A DNA stretch of 64,000 nt from Thiolinea sp. (GCA_049614265.1 JBMZDK010000001.1:1400-65399); one strand, 5' to 3'; counted from the first letter of the stretch, positions 19,950-30,560 are shown. Numbers and translations: made by a program. The notes: a model not told the origin generated them from the sequence alone.

Positions 19950-20960
19950 TTAGCGTACCGGTGGAGCATACATCAGACCACCACTCTTCCACAGCGCATT
20001 AACGCCGCGCTGAAGTTTCAGTGGTGTTTCAGGGCCAACGTTGGCTTCATAGCTCTCGCCGTAGTTACCAACCTGCTTGATGATTTGCATTGCCCAGTCA
20101 GCTGGCAGACCCAGTTTTGCACCGAACTCACCTTCAGTACCCAGCAGACGCTTAATTCCAGGGTTGTCAGACTCAGCCATTTTGGCAACATTACCTGAAT
20201 CAATACCCATTTCTTCAGCGTTAACCATTGCGTTGTGTACCCACTTCACAATGTTGAACCATTGATCATCACCCTGACGAACAACCGGCCCTAACGGCTC
20301 TTTAGAGATAATTTCAGGAAGTACAGTGTGTGCAGCAGGATCATCTAACTTCAGACGCTGTGCAGCCAGACCAGAACGGTCAGTGGTGTATACGTCACAA
20401 CGACCAGCGTTATACGCCTGAACAACTTCATCTGCTTTTTCAAACGCAACCAGCTCAAACTTCATGTTATTGGCACGGAAATAGTCAGTGATGTTCAATT
20501 CAGTAGTGGTACCTGTATTAGTACAGATATTAGCGCCATCCAGTTCCTTAGCAGATTTAACGCCTAATTTAGACGGAACCATCATGCCCTGACCATCGTA
20601 GTAGTTAACACCAGCGAAGTTCAGACCTAACTGCGTATCACGTGTCATAGTCCAGGTAGTGTTGCGCGATAATACGTCAACTTCACCGGAACTTAATGCA
20701 GTAAAACGCTCTTTAGCCGATAGGGGGCTAAATTTAACTTTTTCTGCATCACCAAAAACTGCTGCCGCAATACCACGACATAAATCAACGTCAAGACCAG
20801 TCCATTTACCGGAGTCATCCTGGTTAGAAAAGCCTGGTAAGCCCTGGCTCACACCACACTGTACGTGACCTTTGGCTTTAACATCATCTAAGGTAGCCGC
20901 CTGTAGAGATCCAGCCAGTGCAACACCAGCAACCGCGAGAATAGTTTGATTGAGTTTCAT
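19950..20960 (-). CDS. aapJ: General L-amino acid ABC transporter substrate-binding protein
   Basis: Signal peptide, CGVSQGLPGFS, DVLSRNTTWT, ISKEPLGPVVRQGD, GLMYAPPVR. Start refined to ATG 20960 after GGAGG. Confidence 0.94.
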   Translation of the reverse strand: MKLNQTILAVAGVALAGSLQAATLDDVKAKGHVQCGVSQGLPGFSNQDDSGKWTGLDVDLCRGIAAAVFGDAEKVKFSPLSAKERFTALSSGEVDVLSRNTTWTMTRDTQLGLNFAGVNYYDGQGMMVPSKLGVKSAKELDGANICTNTGTTTELNITDYFRANNMKFELVAFEKADEVVQAYNAGRCDVYTTDRSGLAAQRLKLDDPAAHTVLPEIISKEPLGPVVRQGDDQWFNIVKWVHNAMVNAEEMGIDSGNVAKMAESDNPGIKRLLGTEGEFGAKLGLPADWAMQIIKQVGNYGESYEANVGPETPLKLQRGVNALWKSGGLMYAPPVR

Positions 20961-21208
20961 GTAGTCCTCCAATTGAAAAATCAAGCTTGTAAGCGCTTAC
21001 ACCCTCTCCAAAATTTATGCGTGCAAAGCCCCCAAACTTGGACTATGAAATTCAAACATGCCGGAGGGTAATCGTCAAGCGCTATGATGGCCTATTTTAT
21101 TGGCCATCGACGCAGACAATCACGAAAAAAGTAACCTTTAAACAATAGGTTAATTTAAAAAAAACAAAAAAGGGCCTGATAGCCCCTTAAGAAATCACAA
21201 AAAAATTA

Positions 21209-21224
21209 TTGACTGTTTAGTCAA
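21209..21224. promoter_or_regulatory. Perfect 6-4-6 palindrome TTGACT-GTTT-AGTCAA, candidate operator upstream of aapJ
   Basis: Read directly, about 250 bp upstream of the aapJ start. Confidence 0.4.
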
Positions 21225-21352
21225 CTATGCTGCAAATCCATACAGAAATAACCCTGAATAGATTTCAGGCACACTAAAACAGAACTCCGTCAATACAACC
21301 CGCTCCGCTCTCATAAAACCCACTCACAATGGGTAAAATTTCGCGCAAACAC

Positions 21353-22426
21353 TTATGAATACACTAAAGGAACCCGTCGGGTAACACCGGTAAACAGCGT
21401 GTAAGCAATCGTATCACTCATTGCTGCCACATCATTAGCTGCAACACGCTTACCCCATAATTCCACAGGGTCACCTACCACCGCATCAGGTATGTCGCTC
21501 AAATCTACCGTCAGCATATCCATGGATACCCTGCCAATGATGCGGCTGCTCTGCCCCTTAACCAGCACCGGCGTTCCATCTTTTGCATGACGGGGATAGC
21601 CATCAGCGTACCCCATTGCCACCACGCCGACACGGGTTTGCCCCTCACAACGAAAACGGGCACCATAGCCAATACTCTCACCGGCACTAAGTTCACGCAC
21701 AGCAATCAGTTCAGACTCAAGACTCATCGCCGGTCTTAGTTGTGCAGAATACTGATTGGCCTGATCCAGAGGGTCAGCGCCATACAGCATAATGCCTGGT
21801 CTGACCCAATCACCGTGTGCAGCAGGCCAGGCTAGCAAACCAGCAGAATTAGCCAGACTTGACTGGGCTTCAATTCCTTTTACTGCAGCGACAAAACGAT
21901 CAATCTGCACTGCAGTAAAATTCTCATTTACCTCATCCGCACGTGAAAAATGCGTCATCAGGGTAACGCTGCCTACATGAGCACAGTCTTTAAGCTGAGC
22001 ATAAATCTCACGGGCAAGCTCAGGTGAAAAACCCAGTCGATGCATGCCGGTATCCAGCTTCAGAAAAACATTCAGCTTGTTTTGCAGACGTGCGGCTAAC
22101 AACCATTGCAGTTGCTCCGGAGTGTGTAACGCCACTGCCATGTTGAGGCGATCTGCAAGTACCAGTTCATCCGGAGTAAAAACCCCTTCCAACAACAGGA
22201 TTTGCGGCGTAATACCGGATTCACGCAACTCCAGTGCTTCCTCTATACAGGCAACACCAAAGGCATCTGCTTCATTCTGCAATGCTTGCGCCACACGAAC
22301 AGCACCATGCCCATAGGCATTAGCCTTAATAATCGCAGCAGCTTTACTACCACTGATCCGTTTAGCCAACTGGTAATTATGCTGAATGGCAGCAAGATCA
22401 ATACGCGCTTTTGCCGGACGCCCCAT
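21353..22426 (-). CDS. alr: Alanine racemase
   Basis: AIIKANAYGHG (PLP Lys), KLDTGMHRLG, VRPGIMLYG, IGYG, GYADGYPR, GRVSMDM. Confidence 0.96.
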   Translation of the reverse strand: MGRPAKARIDLAAIQHNYQLAKRISGSKAAAIIKANAYGHGAVRVAQALQNEADAFGVACIEEALELRESGITPQILLLEGVFTPDELVLADRLNMAVALHTPEQLQWLLAARLQNKLNVFLKLDTGMHRLGFSPELAREIYAQLKDCAHVGSVTLMTHFSRADEVNENFTAVQIDRFVAAVKGIEAQSSLANSAGLLAWPAAHGDWVRPGIMLYGADPLDQANQYSAQLRPAMSLESELIAVRELSAGESIGYGARFRCEGQTRVGVVAMGYADGYPRHAKDGTPVLVKGQSSRIIGRVSMDMLTVDLSDIPDAVVGDPVELWGKRVAANDVAAMSDTIAYTLFTGVTRRVPLVYS

Positions 22427-22464
22427 TGCAAGTCCCCTTTGATCTGATTGCAGAGATAAGGTGC

Positions 22465-22866
22465 TTAGAAAGAGTACTCAGTTCCCAAAACCATCGTACC
22501 TTCAACTTCCACCTGAACCCCCAGTGGCAAAGCAGCAACGCCAATGGCAGCACGCGCCGGAAACGGTTCATCGAAGTAACGCTTCATCGCGTCATTCACC
22601 AGGGCAAAATTACTTAAATCAGTCAAATAAATATTTAATTTCACGAAATCTTTACAGGAACCACCAGCCGCTTCAGCCACCGCTTTCAGATTGCTAAACA
22701 CCTGTTCAGCCTGCTCAGCAAAATCCTGCGTTTCAACCTTCATCGTTTCAGGGTTTAACGGGATCTGGCCGGAGCAATACACGGTATTATCAACACGGAC
22801 AGCCTGCGAATACGGGCCAATAGCCGCCGGAGCGGATTCGGTAGCAATAATAGTTCTTTCGGACAC
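22465..22866 (-). CDS. ridA: RidA/YjgF-family enamine/imine deaminase
   Basis: [38 protein letters not shown] (catalytic Arg present). GTG start. Confidence 0.93.
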   Translation of the reverse strand: MSERTIIATESAPAAIGPYSQAVRVDNTVYCSGQIPLNPETMKVETQDFAEQAEQVFSNLKAVAEAAGGSCKDFVKLNIYLTDLSNFALVNDAMKRYFDEPFPARAAIGVAALPLGVQVEVEGTMVLGTEYSF

Positions 22867-22999
22867 GGGACTATTCCTTATGAGTAGCGTTTAGAAAGCT
22901 CCGCATGTTGCATACAATCCGGTGTTTCAGCAAGTATTTTATTAGCCTTATCTTTCCCGAAAGCCAGACATAGGCAAATTCAGGCTTTTTCAGTGCTTT

Positions 23000-23491
23000 C
23001 TAATCTTCCAATGCCTCAAACTTCAGATCTTCATAATTTTTTCGCACCTTACCGGCCTCAAACACCTCGCCATTAATAACAATATACACACCAGCAGGCA
23101 AGCATTGCACAGCCGTCAACGCACACCCCAGATTAAATAAACCATCTGAATCCTTCATGATAAAGGGAATCATCGCGCCAGTAAGCACGACCGTCTTTTC
23201 CAGATTTGCAGCAGCCAGTAAAGCGGCGGTTTCCACCATGGTATCGGTGCCATGGGTAATCACAATACGTTGTTCGGCATTAACACGACAGGCAGCTTCA
23301 AGTGCCTCCCGGTCTTCAGCTGTCATATCCAGGCTATCTTTCAGCAAAACCTGTTGCACAACTACTTCAGCAGTACAGCGCCCCTGTAATAAAGCTGCCT
23401 CAATATGACTGTCGGCAAAATCCAGATCACCATTTGATGCATTGTAATGTTTATCAATCGTTCCGCCAGCCAATAATAATCTGATGCTCAT
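23000..23491 (-). CDS. Short single-domain L-asparaginase/glutaminase-like protein
   Basis: AGGTIDK and ITHGTDTM (both catalytic Thr motifs), VLTGAMIP. Only 163 aa. Confidence 0.85.
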   Translation of the reverse strand: MSIRLLLAGGTIDKHYNASNGDLDFADSHIEAALLQGRCTAEVVVQQVLLKDSLDMTAEDREALEAACRVNAEQRIVITHGTDTMVETAALLAAANLEKTVVLTGAMIPFIMKDSDGLFNLGCALTAVQCLPAGVYIVINGEVFEAGKVRKNYEDLKFEALED

Positions 23492-23506
23492 TTCATCTCA
23501 CCTTGC

Positions 23507-25300
23507 TTAAAATTTATCAACCTGTTCCGGTATTTTACCACTGGACAGCGGCGGCAGGTGGCACTCGTCAAATACACGATGAGGGCAAGACTGACATTGC
23601 CGATGATCCAGCGCAACAGTGACAATTTTCTTGATTGCTTCCTTCTTCTCCACGAAGAAGTACTGCGCCCCAATATGCTCATCAAAGTGACCACGATGAA
23701 TAAAATTCTCCACCTTTGGCTTTAGCTCGCCAAAGTACAAGCCGCCGCCCTTCTCCTGCAAACGGTCTGACTCCTGCTCCAGCATTTCCGCACCATTAAG
23801 ATCAATAAAGTTCACTCCGGTACCGATAATCAACACATGTTTTATGCCTTCTTTTTCCGTCACCCGGTGCAAATAACTTTGGATGTGGTTCGCCGATCCA
23901 AAGTAAATGGACATATCAATGCGAATAATTTTTAGCTGTGGGCATTCCTGCAAATGGCTGGCAGAGCATTCTTTCACCAAAGTACGCTTGCCACTATCCG
24001 GGTCACGATCCGGTGCCAGGCTCACAATATCCGGGATAGAGGTACGGGCAAGAAAAATCACCAGCGATAGCAGCACACCGAAATAAATCGCAAATTCCAG
24101 CTCCAGAAAGAGCGTGGCGAAAAACGTAGTCAGCAACACGCTGGTTTCAGCACGACTGGTTTCAATGATCTTACGGATATGGTCAAAATTAATCAGGTTG
24201 TAAGCTACCAGTAAAATGATCCCGCCCATAGCAGCAATCGGCAGATAAGCTGTTAATGGCGCCACCAGGAGGATAATCAGCGCCAGAAACACAGCAGCGA
24301 AGATTGCCGACAATGGAGTGCGTGCCCCGGCAGAATAGTTCACTCCGGATCGTGTGAATGAACCGGAGCCGGCGTAGCTTGAAAAGAAGCTACCAACAAT
24401 ATTGGATAAGCCCTGACCAAAGAACTCCTGATTACCGTCAATACGCTGATGAGATTTTGAGGCAATCGCCCTGCTAATTGACACCGCTTCTATCAAACCT
24501 AGCAAAGCTACCGCAAAGGCCTGCGGAGCGAGCATTTTGAGTGTTGCCAGTGAAAAGTCCGGTGCTGACAAAGGTGGCAGTGTTGCCGGGATTTCACCGA
24601 CAAACTGTATATTCACTGCTTCGCCGCCAAGCAAGACCGCACAACCACTGCCCACAATCAATGCAAACAACATATTAGGCAAGCGAGGTGCGAATTTTTT
24701 TATAAGCAATGCACTGGCCAGAGTCACCAGCGCCACGGTGAGAATAAAAACATTAGTTACCGGTAGCTGATGAAATATATCAAGCCAGGTATGAAGAAAA
24801 GATTCGCCACGCGGAATTTCAACACCAAGAATATTTTTGATCTGGCTGGTTGCGATCAGTATCGCTGCCCCCGCAGTAAAGCCAATCACTACCGTATGTG
24901 AAACGAAATTCACCAGGACGCCCAGCCGGGCCAACGCAAAAGCCAGCTGATAAACGCCTGCCAGAAAAGTGATGGTTAACGCGGTACTGATAAACTCCGG
25001 TGACTCCGGCGCAAAGCCATGGGAACTCACGGTAGAAAAAATCACAATCGAGATAGCAGTGGTTGGCCCGGAAATCAGATGCCAGGATGAACCAAACAAC
25101 GCTGCAATGATTGGCGTCACCATCGCTGTATATAGCCCGTATTGCGGTGGCAAACCAGCAATTGTGGCAAAGGCCACTCCCTGCGGCAACACAATGACAG
25201 CACCGGTTAAACCGGCCATCACATCTGCTTTCAGTGATTCACGGGTGATACCCGGCAACCAGAGAGTAAAAGGAAATAAAAACTGCAGCAGTGTATTCAT
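23507..25300 (-). CDS. SulP/SLC26 anion transporter with STAS domain
   Basis: ADVMAGLTGAVIVLPQGVAFATIAGLPPQYGLY, SGPT, NQEFFGQG, GSFTRS, C-terminal STAS (DMSIYFGS, FIDLNGAEML). Confidence 0.95.
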   Translation of the reverse strand: MNTLLQFLFPFTLWLPGITRESLKADVMAGLTGAVIVLPQGVAFATIAGLPPQYGLYTAMVTPIIAALFGSSWHLISGPTTAISIVIFSTVSSHGFAPESPEFISTALTITFLAGVYQLAFALARLGVLVNFVSHTVVIGFTAGAAILIATSQIKNILGVEIPRGESFLHTWLDIFHQLPVTNVFILTVALVTLASALLIKKFAPRLPNMLFALIVGSGCAVLLGGEAVNIQFVGEIPATLPPLSAPDFSLATLKMLAPQAFAVALLGLIEAVSISRAIASKSHQRIDGNQEFFGQGLSNIVGSFFSSYAGSGSFTRSGVNYSAGARTPLSAIFAAVFLALIILLVAPLTAYLPIAAMGGIILLVAYNLINFDHIRKIIETSRAETSVLLTTFFATLFLELEFAIYFGVLLSLVIFLARTSIPDIVSLAPDRDPDSGKRTLVKECSASHLQECPQLKIIRIDMSIYFGSANHIQSYLHRVTEKEGIKHVLIIGTGVNFIDLNGAEMLEQESDRLQEKGGGLYFGELKPKVENFIHRGHFDEHIGAQYFFVEKKEAIKKIVTVALDHRQCQSCPHRVFDECHLPPLSSGKIPEQVDKF

Positions 25301-25500
25301 GCGCGCTAAACTCGCGTTAAATTAGCCGGGTGCGGCTTTGCATCCTCATCAAGAGGCTCGGAATTAAAGGCGCATTAGTCTACGCTCATTAGCTTTTTAA
25401 AAAAGCAAAACCTGCGCAAAATCACACCGTTTATCAAAAAACCTGCTATTCGCTATCTCCAACTGCATAGGTAAGATAGGACGCTACCTAAAAAGTGGCA

Positions 25501-25528
25501 TTGACGGCTTGTTCCGGCGTTATATAGT
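25501..25528 (+). promoter_or_regulatory. Candidate sigma70 promoter TTGACG-N16-TATAGT for the rhodanese-MBL gene
   Basis: Near-consensus boxes about 95 bp upstream of ATG 25623. Confidence 0.5.
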
Positions 25529-25622
25529 GCTGTTAAATCAGCTCATATTACTTTGTCAGTAGTGCAGCAACAGCTTCCGGATTATAAGTCCACCAGCCAA
25601 TGAAGCAGAGGTTATAAAACTC

Positions 25623-27050
25623 ATGAAAACTTTCGCGCCTGCATTTATGCCATCCACAATTACAGCGCTTCTTTTCAGCACCCTCCTCACGCTTCCGGCA
25701 TGGCTGGCAGCAGAAGAAAAAGCCACAACAGATAGCCAACAGGAAACAACGCAGCAAGGTGCAGAAGAACCTGACGAACGTTTTATACCTGCCCTGACTG
25801 CACATGCCAAAGCAGCACTGGATCAGGTCAACCAGCGCATCAACAATATTGATACGACAGAATTGCAAACTTTGCTGGCTGAGCACCCGGAAACTCAACT
25901 GATTGACGTTCGCTCAGCACAGGAAATTACGGTGCTGGGTGGCCATATTGATGCTCCCCGCCATCGTAATATTATGCGGGGCTGGCTGGAAGTTCAGGTT
26001 GACGGCCTGATTCCGGATAAGGACACACCCATTGTTGTTTACTGCGGAGTGAACCAACGCAGCCCCTTTGCAGCAGATACGCTGATGAAGCTGGGCTATC
26101 GCAATGTAAAGAACTATGCAGATGGTTTTTTTGCCTGGAAAGATGCCGGTTTACCCGTTGAATACACAGATAAAGCCCTGGATTCATTCCTATATAGCAA
26201 GCCGGTTGAAGTCATACCCGGTGTTTGGTCAGCAATCGGTGCGACCGCTCCGGGCACGTACGATAACTCCGGCCATAATAACAACCTGTCTTTTATCATT
26301 ACGGGTGAAGGTGTTGTAGTGATGAATGCCGGGGATAATTACCTGCTCGCCAAAGCCCTGCATGATGAAATTAAACAACGCACTGATCAACCGGTAAAAT
26401 ATGTACTGCTGGAGAATGGACAAGGCCACGCTATGCTTGGCAGCAATTACTGGCAGGAACAAGGGGCAAAAGTCATCATCCATCAGGACGCCTGGCATGA
26501 AGTGGAAGAACGTGGTCATGAAATCATTGAGCGTATGCGGCGGCGCAACCGTGACAAAGCCTATCGCACCGAAATTGTGAAGCCTGACATTATTCTGGCA
26601 GAAGACAGGATGGATCTCAGCCTCGGTGACTGGAAAATTGAAGCCCGTTTGCTTGGCCCCGCACATAGTCCCGGTGATATTATGATGTGGCTACCTGAGA
26701 AAAAACTGGCAATTACCGGTGACCTTGCTTTCCATCAACGCCTGTTACCGGTGTTTGAGGAAACAGATACAGCAGCCTGGCTGGAAACATGGGAAGCATT
26801 CGTAGCGCTGGAACCGGAGTACATTATCCCCGGCCATGGCGAAGCAACGAATATTGCCGAAGTCACACAATATACCAAAGATTATCTGGTCGATATGCGT
26901 ACGCAAATTGGCGGTATTATCGACCAGGGCAGCACATTGCAGGATGCTTATGAACAGGTTGATTCCTCAGCCTGGTCACACCTGGATACCTATGATGAAT
27001 TGGCACTACGGAATATCGGCATGATATTCCGTGCGATGGAATTTGAGTGA
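25623..27050 (+). CDS. Exported rhodanese + metallo-beta-lactamase-fold (SoxH-like) fusion protein
   Basis: Signal peptide; rhodanese domain LIDVR...VVYCGVNQRS...NYADGFFAW; MBL domain NNNLSFII, GPAHSPGD, ITGDL, IIPGHG. Confidence 0.85.
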   Translation: MKTFAPAFMPSTITALLFSTLLTLPAWLAAEEKATTDSQQETTQQGAEEPDERFIPALTAHAKAALDQVNQRINNIDTTELQTLLAEHPETQLIDVRSAQEITVLGGHIDAPRHRNIMRGWLEVQVDGLIPDKDTPIVVYCGVNQRSPFAADTLMKLGYRNVKNYADGFFAWKDAGLPVEYTDKALDSFLYSKPVEVIPGVWSAIGATAPGTYDNSGHNNNLSFIITGEGVVVMNAGDNYLLAKALHDEIKQRTDQPVKYVLLENGQGHAMLGSNYWQEQGAKVIIHQDAWHEVEERGHEIIERMRRRNRDKAYRTEIVKPDIILAEDRMDLSLGDWKIEARLLGPAHSPGDIMMWLPEKKLAITGDLAFHQRLLPVFEETDTAAWLETWEAFVALEPEYIIPGHGEATNIAEVTQYTKDYLVDMRTQIGGIIDQGSTLQDAYEQVDSSAWSHLDTYDELALRNIGMIFRAMEFE

Positions 27051-27066
27051 CAGTTTAATTTATAAC

Positions 27067-28242
27067 TTAAACCGCAGCCAATCGATTCAGCGCCTGCTCC
27101 AACACCTGCATACTGGTGGCAAAAGATAAACGGATGTGCCCGTCCAAACCAAAAGCAGAACCGGGCACCAGCGCCACACCAACGCTGTCCAGCAAATGAC
27201 TGGCCAGCTCAGTATCATTTTCCAGTCCGAGCCGCCTGATCATGCCATCCACATTAGGGAAGCTATAAAAAGTACCGTCCGCTGGCAGACAACGTACACC
27301 ATCAATCTGATTCAGACGTGCATACACATAATCATGGCGCTCCTGATACGCTTCCAGCATTGGCTGGATACAGGATTGATCACCATTTAATGCTTCCGTC
27401 GCCGCAGCCTGTGAAATCGAACAGGGGTTGGAAGTACTCTGCGACTGTATTTTTTTCATCGCCGCAATCAGCTCTGCAGGCCCACCGGCATAACCCAACC
27501 GCCATCCAGTCATCGCATAGGCTTTAGAGACGCCATTCAGCACAATTGTACGGTCGAATAAATCGGGGCAGGCATTCACAATATTCACAAACTCCGCCCC
27601 GGAAAACATAATATGCTCATACATATCATCGGTGGCGATAATAATTTGTGGGTGCCTGCGTAAGACAGCACCTAACAGACGCAACTCATCAGCGCTATAT
27701 GCTGCACCGGTTGGATTCGACGGGCTATTAATCACAAACAAACGGGTCTGCGGGGTGATTGCTGCCTCTAATTTCTCAGGCGTTAACTTAAAATGATCAT
27801 CCTGAGTGGTATTCACAATCACAGGTGTAGCATCGGCCAACTTAACCATATCGGGATAAGAAACCCAGTATGGGGCCGGTATGATCACCTCATCACCAGC
27901 CTGCAGCAGCGCCTGGCAAAGATTATAAAAGCTTTGTTTTCCACCACAGGAAGCCAGAATTTGTTCCGGGGTGTAATCCAGCTGATTTTCACGACTGAAT
28001 TTAGAAATAATGGCCTGTTTCAGCTCAGTAGTACCATCAACAGCGGTGTAACCGGTCTGTCCGGCGTCCATCGCTTTTATTGCAGCAACACGAATATGCT
28101 CCGGGGTGTGAAAATCCGGCTCTCCGGTTCCTAAACCAATAATATCGCGCCCCTCTGCCCGCAATTTTGCCGCAAGTGCAGAAACTGCCAGTGTAGGAGA
28201 GGGTTTAACGCGTCCAATGCGCTCAGCTAGTTGAATAGTCAC
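27067..28242 (-). CDS. aspC: Class I PLP-dependent aminotransferase (aspartate aminotransferase type)
   Basis: GEPDF, PYWVSY, NSPSNPTG, DDMYEH, NGVSKAYAMTGWRLGY. Probable GTG start at 28242 (the ORF track starts at 28260). Confidence 0.9.
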   Translation of the reverse strand: MTIQLAERIGRVKPSPTLAVSALAAKLRAEGRDIIGLGTGEPDFHTPEHIRVAAIKAMDAGQTGYTAVDGTTELKQAIISKFSRENQLDYTPEQILASCGGKQSFYNLCQALLQAGDEVIIPAPYWVSYPDMVKLADATPVIVNTTQDDHFKLTPEKLEAAITPQTRLFVINSPSNPTGAAYSADELRLLGAVLRRHPQIIIATDDMYEHIMFSGAEFVNIVNACPDLFDRTIVLNGVSKAYAMTGWRLGYAGGPAELIAAMKKIQSQSTSNPCSISQAAATEALNGDQSCIQPMLEAYQERHDYVYARLNQIDGVRCLPADGTFYSFPNVDGMIRRLGLENDTELASHLLDSVGVALVPGSAFGLDGHIRLSFATSMQVLEQALNRLAAV

Positions 28243-28437
28243 TGTTTTTTGGCCTTTCATTCATGTTGGATAACAGTTTGTACCGAAACCGGCTCTTTCC
28301 GCTAAGATAACAGAGATTCCGCCACGGAACAGCACAGATAAGGGGATATATAACACCGCTACGGATATTTTGTGTGTCAACTTTAACGCTCCCACTGATA
28401 CCGATAGAATGTGATTATCTAATGACGGAGCTTCCCC

Positions 28438-30477
28438 ATGGCCGCAGCAGGCACACAATCCTTCCAGCTTCAGACAGAATACCAACCAGCGGGTGACCAA
28501 CCTACTGCAATACAATCGCTGGTCAATGGCCTCAATGATGGTTTGCTTCACCAAACGTTGCTGGGGGTAACCGGCTCAGGCAAAACCTTCACCATCGCCA
28601 ATGTCATTCAGAACACCCAGCGCCCGGCAATTATTCTCGCACACAATAAAACGCTGGCTGCACAGTTGTATGGTGAGATGAAGGAATTTTTCCCCAATAA
28701 CGCAGTGGAATATTTCGTTTCGTATTACGATTATTATCAGCCGGAAGCCTATGTGCCTTCACGCGACCTATTTATTGAAAAAGACGCCTCAGTAAATGAT
28801 CACATCGAACAGATGAGACTGCTGGCTTCAAGGAATCTGTTTGAACGCCCTGATGTCATTATCGTAGCAACAGTTTCCGCCATCTATGGCCTGGGAGATC
28901 CTGAGTATTACCTGAAAATGCGGCTGATTCTGGCTCGTGGCGATAAGATCAATCAGCGCAGTATTCTGCGACGCCTCGCAGAGCTGCAATACACACGCAA
29001 TGACCTCGATTTACAGCGGGCAACTTTCCGGGTGCGTGGTGAAGTTATTGATATCCACCCAGCGGAATCCGACAAGGAAGCCGTGCGCATTGAACTATTC
29101 GATGATGAAATAGAACAACTCAGCTACTTTGACCCGCTAACCGGTGAAATTCTTCGCCGTGTTCCCAGCCTCACTATTTATCCGAAAACGCATTACGTCA
29201 CACCGCGTGAAGTGCTATTGGGCGCCGTTGAACACATCAAAGACGAACTCAAAGACCAGCTGGATAAAATGCGTGACAACGGCAAACTGGTTGAAGCACA
29301 AAGACTGGAACAGCGGACGGTCTATGATATGGAAATGATCATGGAAACCGGCTATTGCTCAGGCATTGAGAATTATTCACGTTACCTGTCCGGACGGGCA
29401 GATGGTCAACCGCCCCCCTGTTTGTTTGACTACCTGCCTGACAATGCCCTGATATTCATTGATGAGTCGCATGTTACTGTTCCCCAGTTCGGTGGCATGT
29501 ATAAAGGCGACCGTTCCCGCAAGACCACCCTGGTTGAATATGGCTTCCGCCTGCCCTCAGCACTGGATAACCGCCCGCTCAAGTTTGATGAATTTGAGTC
29601 CATGATAACTCAGGCAATTCATGTTTCAGCCACCCCGGGCAACTATGAACAGGAACATTCAGATAATGTTGCTGAGCAAGTGGTACGGCCAACCGGACTG
29701 ATTGACCCCGAAGTTGAAATCCGCCCGGTGATGTCGCAGGTTGATGATGTGATGTCGGAAATTAATGACCGTGCTGCTAAAAATGAACGCGTGCTGGTAA
29801 CAACGCTAACCAAACGCATGGCGGAAGATCTGACTGATTATCTGATGGAACATAATGTCAAAGTCCGCTACTTACATTCTGACATCGACACTGTCGAACG
29901 GGTTGAAATCATTCGCGATCTACGCAAAGGTGAATTTGATGTGCTGGTAGGCATTAACCTGTTACGGGAGGGGCTGGATATTCCTGAGGTTTCACTGGTT
30001 GCCATCCTTGATGCGGACAAAGAGGGTTTTCTGCGTTCCGAACGCTCACTCATTCAAACAATAGGCCGCGCTGCACGTAATGTGGAAGGCAAGGCAATTC
30101 TATACGCCGATACCATCACCCGCTCGATGAAGGCCGCAATCGATGAAACACAGCGACGGCGACAGAAGCAGATTGAATTCAATCAAACACACAACATCAC
30201 CCCGCAGTCGATCAAAAAACGCATTGCTGATGTTATGGAAGGTGCTTACGCTCATGCTGCCCGTGGCAAAAACAAAACCCGCCGTGGCCGTGAAGTTTCC
30301 GAAGTGGCTGAAGAAGCCGCGAACTACAAAGCCATGTCACCGGATCAGGCTGTTAAGAAAATAAAGAAACTGGAAGAAAAAATGATGAATCATGCCAAGA
30401 ACCTCGAATTTGAAGAAGCGGCAGCAACCCGCGACGAGATAGGATTGATTCGGGCGAAGATTTTTGGGGCCGTGTAA
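28438..30477 (+). CDS. uvrB: Excinuclease ABC subunit B
   Basis: [56 protein letters not shown]-terminal LEFEEAA. Confidence 0.99.
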   Translation: MAAAGTQSFQLQTEYQPAGDQPTAIQSLVNGLNDGLLHQTLLGVTGSGKTFTIANVIQNTQRPAIILAHNKTLAAQLYGEMKEFFPNNAVEYFVSYYDYYQPEAYVPSRDLFIEKDASVNDHIEQMRLLASRNLFERPDVIIVATVSAIYGLGDPEYYLKMRLILARGDKINQRSILRRLAELQYTRNDLDLQRATFRVRGEVIDIHPAESDKEAVRIELFDDEIEQLSYFDPLTGEILRRVPSLTIYPKTHYVTPREVLLGAVEHIKDELKDQLDKMRDNGKLVEAQRLEQRTVYDMEMIMETGYCSGIENYSRYLSGRADGQPPPCLFDYLPDNALIFIDESHVTVPQFGGMYKGDRSRKTTLVEYGFRLPSALDNRPLKFDEFESMITQAIHVSATPGNYEQEHSDNVAEQVVRPTGLIDPEVEIRPVMSQVDDVMSEINDRAAKNERVLVTTLTKRMAEDLTDYLMEHNVKVRYLHSDIDTVERVEIIRDLRKGEFDVLVGINLLREGLDIPEVSLVAILDADKEGFLRSERSLIQTIGRAARNVEGKAILYADTITRSMKAAIDETQRRRQKQIEFNQTHNITPQSIKKRIADVMEGAYAHAARGKNKTRRGREVSEVAEEAANYKAMSPDQAVKKIKKLEEKMMNHAKNLEFEEAAATRDEIGLIRAKIFGAV

Positions 30478-30560
30478 TCCACTTGCTGTTGCATCAGAAA
30501 TGACAACCGCCAAGGCAAAAAATGCACAGGCGGTGACGGCAAAATGATTGATTTAAAAAA

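Noticed and set aside
21010-21040. Sigma54 promoter for aapJ (TTTGCACG on the - strand)
   Set aside because: It lacks the invariant GG-N10-GC spacing.
28243-28437. tRNA gene in the aminotransferase-uvrB gap
   Set aside because: No T-loop GTTCRA motif or cloverleaf could be built on either strand.
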